A stretch of 59,624 bases of DNA, counting the filler. It is 5 parts of 5 records of this genome, joined end to end, with 100 filler letters (N's around TTAATTAATTAA, not from the genome) between each part and the next. Parts side by side here need not be neighbours in the genome. Positions count along the whole stretch, not along the records: positions 1 to 14,087 come from DRR723986_17140; 4 more parts are not named here. The stretch is one strand, 5' to 3'. Below are positions 1-10,532 of this stretch, piece by piece; position 1 is the first letter of the stretch, and the number at the start of each line of letters is the position of its first letter. The translations under genes were made by a program, and so were the position numbers. The notes under the pieces are model-generated. The model did not search any database and was not told the DNA's origin. It worked only from the letters and a program-made list of their open reading frames with translations.

Positions 1-1
1 A

Positions 2-40
2 CCGGGTCGAGCCCTAAGGGCTCGACCCGGCATTTTCTTT
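2..40 (+). terminator. Rho-independent terminator-like hairpin
   Basis: Perfect 13-bp inverted repeat CCGGGTCGAGCCC/GGGCTCGACCCGG (2-14/18-30) followed by CATTTTCTTT; the upstream gene lies outside the window. Confidence 0.75.
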
Positions 41-472
41 GATCAAATAAACCTTAAACCTCTCAGTTTTGTTATTCAACACACTGGCACCGAATTTTAT
101 AGGTCAAAACGCACACTCCATAACCATTCAATACACACAAATGATAGCAGAATCTGAGATTCCGGCGTTTGACGCCGCGATACAAACTCGGTGGATGAAC
201 TGATTCGGCACAAAGTCCCACCGGCAGCGCGCCTTCGCCGCTACCATGTTGGTGACTCTCAATAGAATAGACATAGCATGCGAGATTTACAGGATTCGAG
301 TTGGGAGACGTAAAGAGTAGATGCTCGCCGTCTCAGATGCTGGAGACTCGATTACGACATTCTGCAACTGCTGTCCAATCTGCGTTCAAGCGGTTCTGCA
401 GTTGGACACAAGACAATCGGGAACTTGCCTCTTGCAGACTGTGCCGAATTGACTGAAAGCGTGATTGCTACC

Positions 473-650
473 TGAATGGAGATTTAACCACTGAATGCAG
501 CTTTGCTAAAGGATTGGATGTTTGTTACGTGTGGATATCTTATCTCTAAATGGCAGATTAACTACAGAATGGAGATTTGCTAAAGGATTGGAGATTTGCT
601 ACGTGTGGATGTTTAATCTCTGAATGGAGGTTTAATCTCTGTGTGGATTT
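473..650. repeat. Degenerate 17-19-bp tandem repeat (~10 units) with a 74-bp higher-order period
   Basis: Units begin TGG/TGC at 477, 496, 515, 532, 551, 570, 589, 606, 625 and 644 (e.g. TGGAGATTTGCTAAAGGAT, TGGATGTTTAATCTCTGAA); the 19-19-17-19 spacing occurs twice. Confidence 0.8.
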
Positions 651-653
651 GGG

Positions 654-712
654 CAGACTCAGCCGATTGGCGATTCCGGCTCATCAACTAACAAAAAGCT
701 CATAAAGGCAAG
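654..712 (-). repeat. Copy of a dispersed intergenic repeat family
   Basis: 675-694 TCCGGCTCATCAACTAACAA is the exact reverse complement of 29984-30003; 686-709 matches the reverse complement of 59600-59623 at 22/24. Confidence 0.75.
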
Positions 713-788
713 AGATGCGCATGCAGCTCGCTGCAATCAGGTGACTGTTAAAACTGAAGAACTTGTGTTAATCGCTAAGAGCTTAAAC

Positions 789-1670
789 TCAACGTCCGCG
801 GCCGGTTAATTCGCAGATATTATCAACGTAGTCGGCGCCATCAATCTTAAATTCAATCAAACCCTTGACCAGGTTCTGTGATTGTGGCTCAAAAGTCACC
901 AGAAAACCAACCGATTCACCGGCTTTGAGAATGACGGGAAACTCTGGAAAACCGGAGGGCAGGAAAATTCCAAGTGGAAACGAGACAACCGCATCCAGGA
1001 TCATCACGTCCTTATCGCTGTGATTCTGGATAACTGCGTTGCGCAGCTCCAGGCCGTTAACAGCACCAAAATTTAAGTCTTCAACAGACACTTCCGGTGA
1101 GATTCCGTTAAGCGCGACTTTGGCGACGTCATTGTTGTTTAAAAACAGGTTGCCCAGATAATCGCCAAACTCAGTGGGGCTAAACAAAATGTCGAAACTT
1201 TCAACTGAGGCGGGATGGCCGATGGGATAGAGCTCAAAAGGCAGCAGAGGCATTGTCGTTTTATCGACGCTGAATTGCTCCAGGTCAATATCAAGCTTGT
1301 GGATCGTGACGGATTCCGTACCCGTGTTGCGCATTGTGATAGAGGCGCGGCGACGCACGTGGCGCAGAGTATGTTCAAATGCGAGAACATTGCGGTCGAA
1401 TACAATCTGATCAGTATTGTCGTTACGTTCATTAACCGGACGCACCGTTCGCTGCGCGTCTACGTCAGTTGGTGAGGTACATCCGTTAACAAAAATGGCG
1501 GCACTTAACAGAAGGGCAAAACAAGTATAGGCGAACGGTTTGACAATTTTTTTGCCAATTCCGACTCGCCCTGGAGTTTCACCTGCGGATGTAACAGACA
1601 CCTGCTGCGCAGTATTCGCTGCGCGCGAGCCCGTTTTGAGCGTACTGTTAAAGTTTAAATGCCAGCCCAT
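789..1670 (-). CDS. Putative lipoprotein with two Ig-like (ASH / choice-of-anchor D-like) domains; start uncertain (ATG 1670 or GTG 1601)
   Basis: Lipobox-like FALLLSAAIFVNG-C; two similar beta-sandwich segments (ITMRNTGTESVTI...FDILFSPTEFG and VIQNHSDKDVMI...FLVTFEPQSQ); last gene of the ECF operon. Confidence 0.65.
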   Translation of the reverse strand: MGWHLNFNSTLKTGSRAANTAQQVSVTSAGETPGRVGIGKKIVKPFAYTCFALLLSAAIFVNGCTSPTDVDAQRTVRPVNERNDNTDQIVFDRNVLAFEHTLRHVRRRASITMRNTGTESVTIHKLDIDLEQFSVDKTTMPLLPFELYPIGHPASVESFDILFSPTEFGDYLGNLFLNNNDVAKVALNGISPEVSVEDLNFGAVNGLELRNAVIQNHSDKDVMILDAVVSFPLGIFLPSGFPEFPVILKAGESVGFLVTFEPQSQNLVKGLIEFKIDGADYVDNICELTGRGR

Positions 1671-3021
1671 AAGTAAACGCCAATTTGTTTGAAAGGTGAC
1701 TGCTGGACTGGAAGTTGTACAACAATGAAGAGGCTTCAACACCTGCCAGCATTGCGAGGCGATCGTCAAAGGAATATTGCATTCCCAGCATCATACGACC
1801 GACGGGCCCTTGTTCCGTTCCACCAACGGCAATACGCGAGAAGAATTGCGCATCGGCGAGTGACTCAACCGGAAGCGTGCGATACTGTAAGGCGGCCGCA
1901 GCCCAGAAACCAACGTAGCGCTGTTCGTACAACAGGGTTTCGCTGCGCGTATCTTCGGTAAAGCTCTGGTTAAAGGTTTCCTGACCGATTTCGAGGCCGT
2001 ATGACCAGTTGTGATCAACCTCCAGGAGGGCGGCAACACTAAAGTTATTCAGGACGGGCTCACCTTGCGGCTGGATTCCCAGGACGGTAAAGTTGTGCCC
2101 CATAAACCCGCGCATTTGAACTTCGAGTCCCAGGTCTTTAGATTCCAGTTGGGCAACTGAGCTCTGAATTCCCTGCCCCATGCCGGTGATATTACTGCTG
2201 TAATTCACATCACCAACAACAATCGAGCGGAATGCTGCGGGTTCTTCGGGGTGTTTAGCCAGGGCGCGGACGATCAAATCGCTGATCGAAGCTGATCCGT
2301 GAAGCGGATCGCTATCCAGGGGATCAATTGGAAAACGATCTTCACGGTCAGCATTTGAAGATAAAAAGGCGGATGTATTATTCGCTGAGTTCCAGTTGGC
2401 GTATTGGCTACCGGCGGCCGAAGCAATCAACGAGTTAGCCTGGAGTTGAGCATATCCGGCTTCCGCTGAAAGAATTTGGTCAAGTGTCAAGGCACGTGCC
2501 AGGTCGATATCACCACTGGACTGATGTGAGGCAAACATTTGGGCGTCAGCCAATACATCGAGGTAAGATTCGGAAGAAGTTGTATTGCTGGAAGCGGCAT
2601 CGGATGTGCCATTTCCTGCAATCTGGCCGGCTGGGCCAATTGGGCTGAAATCACTCACAAAGATGATTGACGTCAGCAAGGTAGCCAGCAGGGCGGATCC
2701 AAGCATTGCCGCAGCTTTGGAGGCTGCAAAATGTTTGATGCCCATCAACAGACCGCCGGTAGCACCCGCAGCAACACCTGCTGCAGCGACGCCGTCGGCC
2801 AAACCAATCGACTGGATGATTCCAGCTTTAAGGTGTGCCGGAGGTTCAACCAGACCATTCTGGATTGAATTGCGCAGGCTGACCTGGTGGACCAGTTCGG
2901 ACTGCAGATCCGGGTTGTTGGCCATCTCCAGAAACAGGGTTCCTGCATCGGCGCCGTCAAGCTCGCCGTCCAGGAGCGCTGTCAATTGCTCGGAGCTGGA
3001 ATATGAATTTAAGTCGCTCAT
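1648..3021 (-). CDS. Anti-sigma factor with N-terminal anti-sigma domain, TM helix and C-terminal outer-membrane beta-barrel-like domain
   Basis: N-terminal EQLTALLDGELD (RseA-like), hydrophobic helix AAAMLGSALLATLLTSIIFV, amphipathic beta-strands ending TYGLAFKL; directly downstream of the ECF sigma gene. Confidence 0.7.
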   Translation of the reverse strand: MSDLNSYSSSEQLTALLDGELDGADAGTLFLEMANNPDLQSELVHQVSLRNSIQNGLVEPPAHLKAGIIQSIGLADGVAAAGVAAGATGGLLMGIKHFAASKAAAMLGSALLATLLTSIIFVSDFSPIGPAGQIAGNGTSDAASSNTTSSESYLDVLADAQMFASHQSSGDIDLARALTLDQILSAEAGYAQLQANSLIASAAGSQYANWNSANNTSAFLSSNADREDRFPIDPLDSDPLHGSASISDLIVRALAKHPEEPAAFRSIVVGDVNYSSNITGMGQGIQSSVAQLESKDLGLEVQMRGFMGHNFTVLGIQPQGEPVLNNFSVAALLEVDHNWSYGLEIGQETFNQSFTEDTRSETLLYEQRYVGFWAAAALQYRTLPVESLADAQFFSRIAVGGTEQGPVGRMMLGMQYSFDDRLAMLAGVEASSLLYNFQSSSHLSNKLAFTYGLAFKL

Positions 3022-3055
3022 GATATAGTATCTATTCTATCTGGTTCGAATGAAC

Positions 3056-3619
3056 TCACTTTTGGAGGTCCTCGACATAGGGGGCAAGGATTGTTCTGAT
3101 TTTTTGTTTAGCGCGATAAATTCGCGTTCGGATGACGGGCATGGTTGTACCAACCACTTCCGCAATTTCATTGTATGACAGTCCAACGTGTTCACGCAGG
3201 ACAAATGCTTCGCGATATTCTTCCTGCAGCATCTCCAGGGCCATGTTGACCAGGCGCAGCAGTTCTGTCGATTCGTAGTTCTCGTCCCGCACCGCAAACC
3301 GAAACTCCTCGAATGTGACATTCAAGTTGTCTTTCTTGCGTTTCTCGTTTAGACATAGATTGCGCGCGATGCGAAAAAGATACGAGGTGACGTTGTTGAC
3401 GGTGCGTTTGTCGCGGGCGCTGGAGTAGAGTCGTGCAAAGGTTTCCTGATAGACGTCTTCAGCCTGGAACTCATCACCAAGGATGCGCAGGATGTAGGTG
3501 AAGATGCGGCGCGAATGGCGTGCATACAGCTCTTCGAAGGCAGCCAGAGCGGGTTTGCGCTCACCGCCAAGCTCGATGAAGAGTTCATTATCCGTCAGTA
3601 TTTTCAGGTCTTTCTGCAT
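3056..3619 (-). CDS. ECF-family RNA polymerase sigma factor
   Basis: Region 2 AEDVYQETF...YLFRIARNLCLN and region 4 YREAFVLREHVGLSYNEIAEVVG...TRIYRAK. Confidence 0.95.
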   Translation of the reverse strand: MQKDLKILTDNELFIELGGERKPALAAFEELYARHSRRIFTYILRILGDEFQAEDVYQETFARLYSSARDKRTVNNVTSYLFRIARNLCLNEKRKKDNLNVTFEEFRFAVRDENYESTELLRLVNMALEMLQEEYREAFVLREHVGLSYNEIAEVVGTTMPVIRTRIYRAKQKIRTILAPYVEDLQK

Positions 3620-3760
3620 GCAGTGCCGTAGCGATAGCCCTTCTGAAAGTTTGCAATGAACGCTCTATAGTGCGCCGTTCACAATGCAGAGACGAACGAT
3701 CAGATGTTTTGTCACACCTGACTCAAAGATTTGAAGAGATAATCGCAGAGTTTAAAATTT

Positions 3761-6700
3761 TTAGGCTTGCGGCTGCGTTTCGCTGCCGGGCGCTACGGAA
3801 GGGTTGGGGCTAGATTCATCGGTTGCGGCCTGGCCCCAGCGCAGCAGTGCCGCACGGATTTCGAGCGGGCGGACGGGCTTGGGCAGGAAATCGACCATGC
3901 CGGCTTCAAAACAGCGTTGGCGGTCTTCGTCGGCCGTGTTTGCCGTCATGGCAATTATGCGTGGCTGAGTGGGCTGGTCGGCACTTTCACTTAAAATGCG
4001 TCTGGTGGTATCCACCCCATCCATGCCAGGCATCTGCACGTCCATAAAAATTATATCAATGGGATGTTGACGCTGCAGTTCAAGGGCTTCGTAACCGCTT
4101 TCGGCATTGAGAACTTCAATCTTCCATTTGCGCAGAATAACGCCGATAATTTTGCGATTGACGGCGCTGTCATCCACCACCAGGACTTTAAGTTCGGGGT
4201 CGGGCAGCTGTTTGGGTTCAGGCGCGGGCTCTGCTGATTCAGCTCTGGACGGCAGCAGGCGCGCAATCTCCTCACGCAGCCGTTGATGTCTAAGTGGTTT
4301 GACGATCAGCGCGTCGTACAGCCTCTGGTCTTTTACCGTAAATGTATCAACAACAGATCCGAAGGATAACAATAGAATTTTGAATTGGCGCGGATCCCGG
4401 CGCAGCTGCTGCAAAATGTTAATGATATTTTTTTCGTCAAAGGAACAGTTAAACACAAGCAGATCCAGCTGCTCTTTTTCGGCGAAGTGCTCCTTAAACT
4501 CGTCCATGTTGGAAAATGCGCCACTCTCAACACCAAGCCCACTTAACAAACCCAGCGTGTTATTGCGGCTCACAGGGTGAGCGTCCAGTAGCACTCCGCG
4601 ACTGCCTTCGCGCACTACCGGGGGCTGCGTCACATGTTTTGTTGAAGTCTGGAAGTCAGCTTTAAACCAAAATATTGAGCCGCGCTCAGCATTTGATTTC
4701 ATGCCGATCTCACCGCCCATCAAGTTAACAAGTTGACTACTGATCGCCAGGCCAAGTCCTGTACCACCGTAGCGACGTGACATGGAAGAATCCACCTGTT
4801 CAAATGCGCGGAATAAGTTTTCACGATCTTTTTCCGGAATACCAATTCCGGTGTCACGCACTTCACACAACAGTTTAACAGAACCTTCAGCTGTTGTCTC
4901 AAAGTCGAAATAAATGTGAACGTACCCCGCAGGTGTAAACTTGACGGCATTACCCACCAGGTTCATGAGAATCTGGCGCAGCCGCGTAGGGTCACCGACG
5001 AGCTGTCTTGGCAGCTTGGCGGCGTATCCACAAATCACTTCGAGTTTTTTCTGTCCCGCTGCGGGAGCCACAACGCTGAGGATATCATCTACCAGTTGAA
5101 CCAAATTAATTTCAATGGCTTCCAGGACAAGTTTGCCGGACTCAATTTTGGAGAAATCGAGAATGTCGTTAACAATTGCAAGCAGCGAGCGGCTGCTGGC
5201 CTGGAGTGTTGAGATAAACTCGCGTTGCTCAGGCGAGATGCGCGTTTCTGAGAGTAACTCGGTTGCGCCAACGACTCCATTCATGGGCGTGCGGATTTCA
5301 TGACTCATGGTAGCCAGAAAGTCGGACTTCACACGTGCCGCACGTTCGGCTTTGTCTTTGGCATTGCGCAACTCAAGCTCGGCAGCTTTGCGCTCCGTAA
5401 TATCCTGCGCGGTCCCCTGCATACGCAGAACGCGACGGTCCTCTCCCAGAATACAGGCTCCACGCGCAAGCACGGTGCGCTCCGTGCCGTCGGGCCTGAC
5501 GATGCGATGTTCAACTTCGTAGGCAGAACCGGTCTGGGCGGCTGTCATAACGGTCTGCTGCAGCCAGTCGCGGTCTTCTGGATGTATCAATAATTGATAC
5601 TGCTCTGAACTAACGCTGCCCTGACCATTGGGCACTCCAAAGATTTCATAGAGTGTTTCGGACCACTCCAATTCTTCTGAATTTCCATCGAATGACCAGG
5701 AGCCAATTTTGGCCAGACTCTGAGCTTCCAGCAATTGTGCCTGGCTGCGCCGCAGGTGTTCCTCTGCATTGCGCGATTCTGTAATATCGCGCACAACCAC
5801 TAAATACTCACGTAAGGCGGTCAGACGCACACGGGCTTCAAAGATGAGGATGTTGCCGAGTGGATCCGGGAGGGTAAACTCCACCACCTGTAATTCGTTG
5901 GATTCATAGGCCCTCTTGAGACAGGCATCAAAGATTTCGCCGCTTTCGGAAGGCATGATGCTGCTGAGCTGCTTTCCTAAAAATCGCGAGGGCTGCAGGA
6001 TCAGAGACGCGCCTTCGGCGGCGTGATAATCAATGACTTGACGTTCGGCGTCAAGGTGGAAAATCAAATCCGGCAGCGCGGCAATGATAGCTCGCCCTTT
6101 GGCTTCAGCTTTGCGCAGGCGCTCTTCCGCCTCGCGTTGACGCGTAATAATTGCATGAATACCAATGATGCGGCTCGGCATGCCGTCAACTCTGCGCTCA
6201 ACTACCCGGCCACGCGTGTGCAGCCAGGCATAACTGCCGTCGTAGCGCCGCAGGCGATACTCCATCGAAATACGGTCGCTAATTCCGGCGGTAACCAGAC
6301 GTACGGACTGCATGACTGCAGTCACATCTTCCAGGTGTACCATCCGCAGCCATTGATTAACTGTTTCTGGTGCACCGCTCGCCTGATAACCGAGCATGTT
6401 AATCCAACTCTGCGAGATGACCAGGTTGCCGGAGTCAACATTCCAGTCCCATACGCCATCGCCACTGCCTTCCAAGGCCATGCGCCAAATTCGCAACTCA
6501 TCGACCGTCGAACGCTGCTTTTCGCCGTTTTCCTCAACTTCAACCGCCATCCCGGCTATCCGAACCACACGACCGAGCGAGTCCAGCTCCGGCTCCAATA
6601 GCAGGCGGGCGTATTCCTGGCCGCCAACGCCGGTAAACTCAAGCAGCGTTTCCACCGCCGAGGCATTTTCAACGCAGACTTCACACTCTTCGGCCACCCG

Positions 6701-7444
6701 ATCCAGTGGACGCCGACGGCTACTGCGGCCCAGGCGCTCAAATGACTGCCCGCGCAGGCCGGCACTCTGAACGTTAAATGCACGGTCAAAACCACGGTCG
6801 GCCCTGGCGAGCATTACGCGACCGTACTGGTCTACATCTGCCAGAAATGTCAAGCGAACGTCACGCGCCTTAAGGCGCGCCAGCAATCCATTCGAAAGTT
6901 TTTGAATCTCAGAGTCAAGCCAACCATCGGTTAAGTCTGTAAGCGTGCCGACCAGAATCAGGCCGCCATCCTCGCGTTCCACGCGCGCACGATCCCGCAC
7001 AAACAGCGTCATGCCCGAATTACTGATTAAGCGATACTCCAGCTCGTAACTGCCGCTACCGGCAGTTGCGTCACGCACAGCCAAACGCACATCCATCGCA
7101 TCCTGCGGATGGATAAAGTCATCAATTGAGAAGTCTTCATCAACGTCGCTCTGGTGCCCGCGACCAAAAATTAGGTGCAGCAATGCCGCCGGGTGGGCGC
7201 TGAGCACCCGCTTTTCACCAAACAGCGCGCGGTAGCGCATTCTTGCGACATCTGCCGGCTGCTCATTGTCATTCGAAACAAATACACGCGGCTGTCGGCG
7301 ACGCTCCAAATAACGGTACGTAGCGTCCACTTCCTTCAGCATTGCCAGGATAGCTGGATTGGCCTTGTCTTCTTCAGACAAATGCCGCCCTACCTGCTCT
7401 ACGAGGAGTCTGTGATTGATTCCATCCTGATCTTGCTGAGTCAA
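3761..7444 (-). CDS. Multi-PAS hybrid sensor histidine kinase (PAS/PAC repeats, HisKA, HATPase, degenerate REC plus canonical REC)
   Basis: FLATMSHEIRTPMNG H-box; RLRQILMNLVGNAVKFT; DTGIGI; YGGTGLGLAI; C-terminal VVDDS...IFMDVQMPGMDG...KP; PAS motifs IHPEDR and VWDWN. Confidence 0.95.
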   Translation of the reverse strand: MTQQDQDGINHRLLVEQVGRHLSEEDKANPAILAMLKEVDATYRYLERRRQPRVFVSNDNEQPADVARMRYRALFGEKRVLSAHPAALLHLIFGRGHQSDVDEDFSIDDFIHPQDAMDVRLAVRDATAGSGSYELEYRLISNSGMTLFVRDRARVEREDGGLILVGTLTDLTDGWLDSEIQKLSNGLLARLKARDVRLTFLADVDQYGRVMLARADRGFDRAFNVQSAGLRGQSFERLGRSSRRRPLDRVAEECEVCVENASAVETLLEFTGVGGQEYARLLLEPELDSLGRVVRIAGMAVEVEENGEKQRSTVDELRIWRMALEGSGDGVWDWNVDSGNLVISQSWINMLGYQASGAPETVNQWLRMVHLEDVTAVMQSVRLVTAGISDRISMEYRLRRYDGSYAWLHTRGRVVERRVDGMPSRIIGIHAIITRQREAEERLRKAEAKGRAIIAALPDLIFHLDAERQVIDYHAAEGASLILQPSRFLGKQLSSIMPSESGEIFDACLKRAYESNELQVVEFTLPDPLGNILIFEARVRLTALREYLVVVRDITESRNAEEHLRRSQAQLLEAQSLAKIGSWSFDGNSEELEWSETLYEIFGVPNGQGSVSSEQYQLLIHPEDRDWLQQTVMTAAQTGSAYEVEHRIVRPDGTERTVLARGACILGEDRRVLRMQGTAQDITERKAAELELRNAKDKAERAARVKSDFLATMSHEIRTPMNGVVGATELLSETRISPEQREFISTLQASSRSLLAIVNDILDFSKIESGKLVLEAIEINLVQLVDDILSVVAPAAGQKKLEVICGYAAKLPRQLVGDPTRLRQILMNLVGNAVKFTPAGYVHIYFDFETTAEGSVKLLCEVRDTGIGIPEKDRENLFRAFEQVDSSMSRRYGGTGLGLAISSQLVNLMGGEIGMKSNAERGSIFWFKADFQTSTKHVTQPPVVREGSRGVLLDAHPVSRNNTLGLLSGLGVESGAFSNMDEFKEHFAEKEQLDLLVFNCSFDEKNIINILQQLRRDPRQFKILLLSFGSVVDTFTVKDQRLYDALIVKPLRHQRLREEIARLLPSRAESAEPAPEPKQLPDPELKVLVVDDSAVNRKIIGVILRKWKIEVLNAESGYEALELQRQHPIDIIFMDVQMPGMDGVDTTRRILSESADQPTQPRIIAMTANTADEDRQRCFEAGMVDFLPKPVRPLEIRAALLRWGQAATDESSPNPSVAPGSETQPQA

Positions 7445-7683
7445 GGCTTTCTCCCTCGCCGTCTCCCCGTGTTGGGGCTCACAGTAATGTCACGAAGCAA
7501 CTCGCTAAATGACTTGTGTCTCTGCTATGTATCCAGGAAAGTTGTTGCGCCCCGGACTGTGCTGACAGCTTCCAATTGTAAGGAACCTGGTGAAGTCTCA
7601 CAGGTTTGCTACATTAGCACATTCCAATTCGTCTCCTATGGAATGTAATCGTCTGCAGTAAATTACAAACAATCCGGTATTAC

Positions 7684-10377
7684 ATGTTTAGATACATCAA
7701 GCGAAAGACAGTATTATTTCTCTGTCCGGCACTGTTTCTGGGTTGCATGTTACAGAATGGTCATGCGCAGATGCGCATGCAGCAACTAGCTTTTAGTGCT
7801 ATAGAATCTGCGATTGGCGATTTCAGAACTGGAACACCCAACTTCAGCAGTCTCAATCGCTCGGGCTTTGAATGTATGGCACATGCCGAAGCTGCAAACG
7901 GCGACCTCCTCTTCTGGCTCTCGGCATCACTCAATGGCAGTGCCGTCGGCCTGTATTTGCCTGACGGCACGCTGATTCCGGATTCAGACCAAATTTTTGC
8001 AAGTAGTTCAGCAACAGAAGCGATTATCTGTCCAGTGCCGGGAAGTCCAGGACAGTATTACGTGATAACCACGGACCTGACGGACCCGACGCCGAGTCTT
8101 TTAGATCCGGCGCCGCGCATCGAGGATTCGCGCACATATTATTCCATCGTGGACCTCAATCTCAACGGCGGAATTGGCGGCATGGTCGAGACCAATACGC
8201 TGATTGGAGATTTGGCAGACTTCCCCGCCGAAGGCATGGAAGTCATTGCCTTGCGCAATCCCTGCACAGACATTTACGATCGATATATGCTTGTGCAATA
8301 CGACATGAATATCGATGCGTTTACCACGCGCATTTTTGATGCCGACGGTTTTCGCGACCGCGTCGTAATGTTTAACTATTCCGAGCCCAACCGCTTTAAC
8401 GGGCGCGGCGAACTCGAATTCCACCGCGGCAAAATCGGCATGGCTTTTTCGAATTCAGGGCGTGCCCTTGTGTTTGACTTTGAGCCCACAACCGGTGAAC
8501 ACTCAAATGAAACCGATATCAATATTGAGCGCGACGGCCCATTCGATTTAACGCTGCATCCGCCTGGTGGCCTTGAGTTTTCGCCCGACGGCACAAAACT
8601 GTATCTCTCCAGATTCTTTTGGCTGGCAAATTCAGTTTATCAGGTGGATCTTACGAATGGCCTGCCCCAACAGAAATACAACATCGATCGCAATCCGGGT
8701 GCCATCGAACTCGGCCCCGACGGCAAAATTTACATCGCCAGTCAACAGTTCCTGGCGGTTATCGAAAATCCGGACCTGCCCTGGAACGGCGGCGATAATT
8801 TCCAGCGAATCACGGAAGGTGGCCTGCTCGATCTGTCCTTCGGCATTTCCGACCCGGTGCAGTATCACACGGTGCCCTATACAATCGATGCGCAAGACAT
8901 ACCGATTACAACTACGCCCGAAGAATGCGCCTGCGATGGCCGCGTCACGCTCAGCGCTCCGGCCGGCCTTGAAAATTACCTCTGGAATCCTGGCGGAGAG
9001 ACGACGCGCGAAATCACCGTAACGGCCTCCGGCCGCTATTCTGTCACCGCCTCCGGCGGCGGATGTGATTTCGCCTCTCAGGAACTCGAAGTCGCAATCA
9101 CACGGCCACAGGCCGAGCTGCAGCTCACAGACGCGCAGACCCAAACCGGAAGTCAGCTGGCCTACAGCCTGCAGTACAACGGCCCCGCACGCGATGTGAG
9201 CTGCCCGCCGCTCAGTGCCGAAATCACGCTCAGCATCGAAGACGGACTGCTCGAATTCTCCGATGCACCCGACCTGACTGTCACAAACACACAAATCAAT
9301 AACGGCAGGCTTGAAGTCAGCTTCCAGGCGGCAATCAATGCCGACGGCGTCATCGGCCCGCTAAATTTTGCCGTTTGCCCACAGAGCGCGGCACGCAGCG
9401 GCACATTTACAATCGAAAGCGCCAGTATTACAGACTGTGACTTTGACCTGAGTTTTAACGAAGGCGGACTCACAATCGAAGATGCGGACATTCAGATTAC
9501 CGGCGACCTGGCACTCTGCTTCTGCAGTCCTGAGACCGTTCTTTCCGCGCCGGACGGCTTCAGCGCCTACACCTGGTTCCCCGGCAACATCAGCGGGCAA
9601 AATCTGACCGTCGATTCGCCCGGCGACTATTTTGTGGTAATTGCCACGTCCGGTGGCTGTGAGTTAACATCCGAAACCGTCACGGTTGAAGCCGAAGATT
9701 TTGCGGTTGAAATCAGCTTCGGAGAGGCTGCCGGCGCGCCGGCGGATCGTGTTAACGTCACGCTCGACGCAGCTGTCAGCGGCAGCGCCACGGCCGAATG
9801 TGCGCCCGACGAATTTATCATGACCATGCAGTACAACCAGTTCGTGGCTGCAGCGCAGGATTTGCCCGCAGCACTTGAATTGATTCAGATTGAGCGCGGC
9901 GGCGAATTTGAATCGGTGCAGTTTCGCGGAGCGCTGAGCGACCTGCCGCTGGAGATTCCATTTATTCTGCTGGCGGACATTGAACGCGTCAGCGACGTGA
10001 CGGTCAGCCAGTTTGAATGGCAGGACTGTGATGCCGACGCAGCCCAATTTGTGGATGGACGCCTGGAAGTGGACAGCCTTTGCATTTCAACGCGCGTAGT
10101 TCTGCTCTCCGGCGCGACGCTGATGACGGTAACCGGCCCCAATCCCACAGACTCAGAGACGCGCGTCAGCTTTGAGACGGTCAAAGATGGGACCGTCCAG
10201 CTGGAGTTGCGCTCAATTACCGGCAGTCTAGTCCAGCGCATCGAACATCACATGCTGCCGGCCGGCGAATATCAGGAAGTGCTCGATCTTTCCAGCCTCG
10301 TAAGTGGGCAGTATATTTTACTGCTGCGCAAGCCCGGCGGCACGCATGAAAGCTGCCTCCTGCACGTCACACACTAA
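7684..10377 (+). CDS. Secreted protein with beta-propeller and Ig-like repeats and a C-terminal T9SS type-A sorting domain
   Basis: Signal peptide; GLEFSPDGTKLY and IELGPDGKIY blades; repeated LSAP.G...Y.W.PG...G.Y.V....GGC modules; C-terminal GPNPT...LRSITGSLV...DLSSLVSGQYILLL. Confidence 0.8.
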   Translation: MFRYIKRKTVLFLCPALFLGCMLQNGHAQMRMQQLAFSAIESAIGDFRTGTPNFSSLNRSGFECMAHAEAANGDLLFWLSASLNGSAVGLYLPDGTLIPDSDQIFASSSATEAIICPVPGSPGQYYVITTDLTDPTPSLLDPAPRIEDSRTYYSIVDLNLNGGIGGMVETNTLIGDLADFPAEGMEVIALRNPCTDIYDRYMLVQYDMNIDAFTTRIFDADGFRDRVVMFNYSEPNRFNGRGELEFHRGKIGMAFSNSGRALVFDFEPTTGEHSNETDINIERDGPFDLTLHPPGGLEFSPDGTKLYLSRFFWLANSVYQVDLTNGLPQQKYNIDRNPGAIELGPDGKIYIASQQFLAVIENPDLPWNGGDNFQRITEGGLLDLSFGISDPVQYHTVPYTIDAQDIPITTTPEECACDGRVTLSAPAGLENYLWNPGGETTREITVTASGRYSVTASGGGCDFASQELEVAITRPQAELQLTDAQTQTGSQLAYSLQYNGPARDVSCPPLSAEITLSIEDGLLEFSDAPDLTVTNTQINNGRLEVSFQAAINADGVIGPLNFAVCPQSAARSGTFTIESASITDCDFDLSFNEGGLTIEDADIQITGDLALCFCSPETVLSAPDGFSAYTWFPGNISGQNLTVDSPGDYFVVIATSGGCELTSETVTVEAEDFAVEISFGEAAGAPADRVNVTLDAAVSGSATAECAPDEFIMTMQYNQFVAAAQDLPAALELIQIERGGEFESVQFRGALSDLPLEIPFILLADIERVSDVTVSQFEWQDCDADAAQFVDGRLEVDSLCISTRVVLLSGATLMTVTGPNPTDSETRVSFETVKDGTVQLELRSITGSLVQRIEHHMLPAGEYQEVLDLSSLVSGQYILLLRKPGGTHESCLLHVTH

Positions 10378-10532
10378 TCACTTGAGTTGTGGCTTTGCGC
10401 GCCGCTCCTGCGCGAAATGTGCATCCGCCGACAAATATGTCCGCGGATGCGCCGCAGCTGTGTATATTTGCAATTGGCAAAATTGGCGGACCTCCCGCAG
10501 GACGAACATCTTCTCCTGAGTGCCGAGCTTCT

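Noticed and set aside
473-650. Possible CRISPR array
   Set aside because: Units are 17-19 bp, degenerate and contiguous, with no unique 25-45-bp spacers; no cas genes in the window
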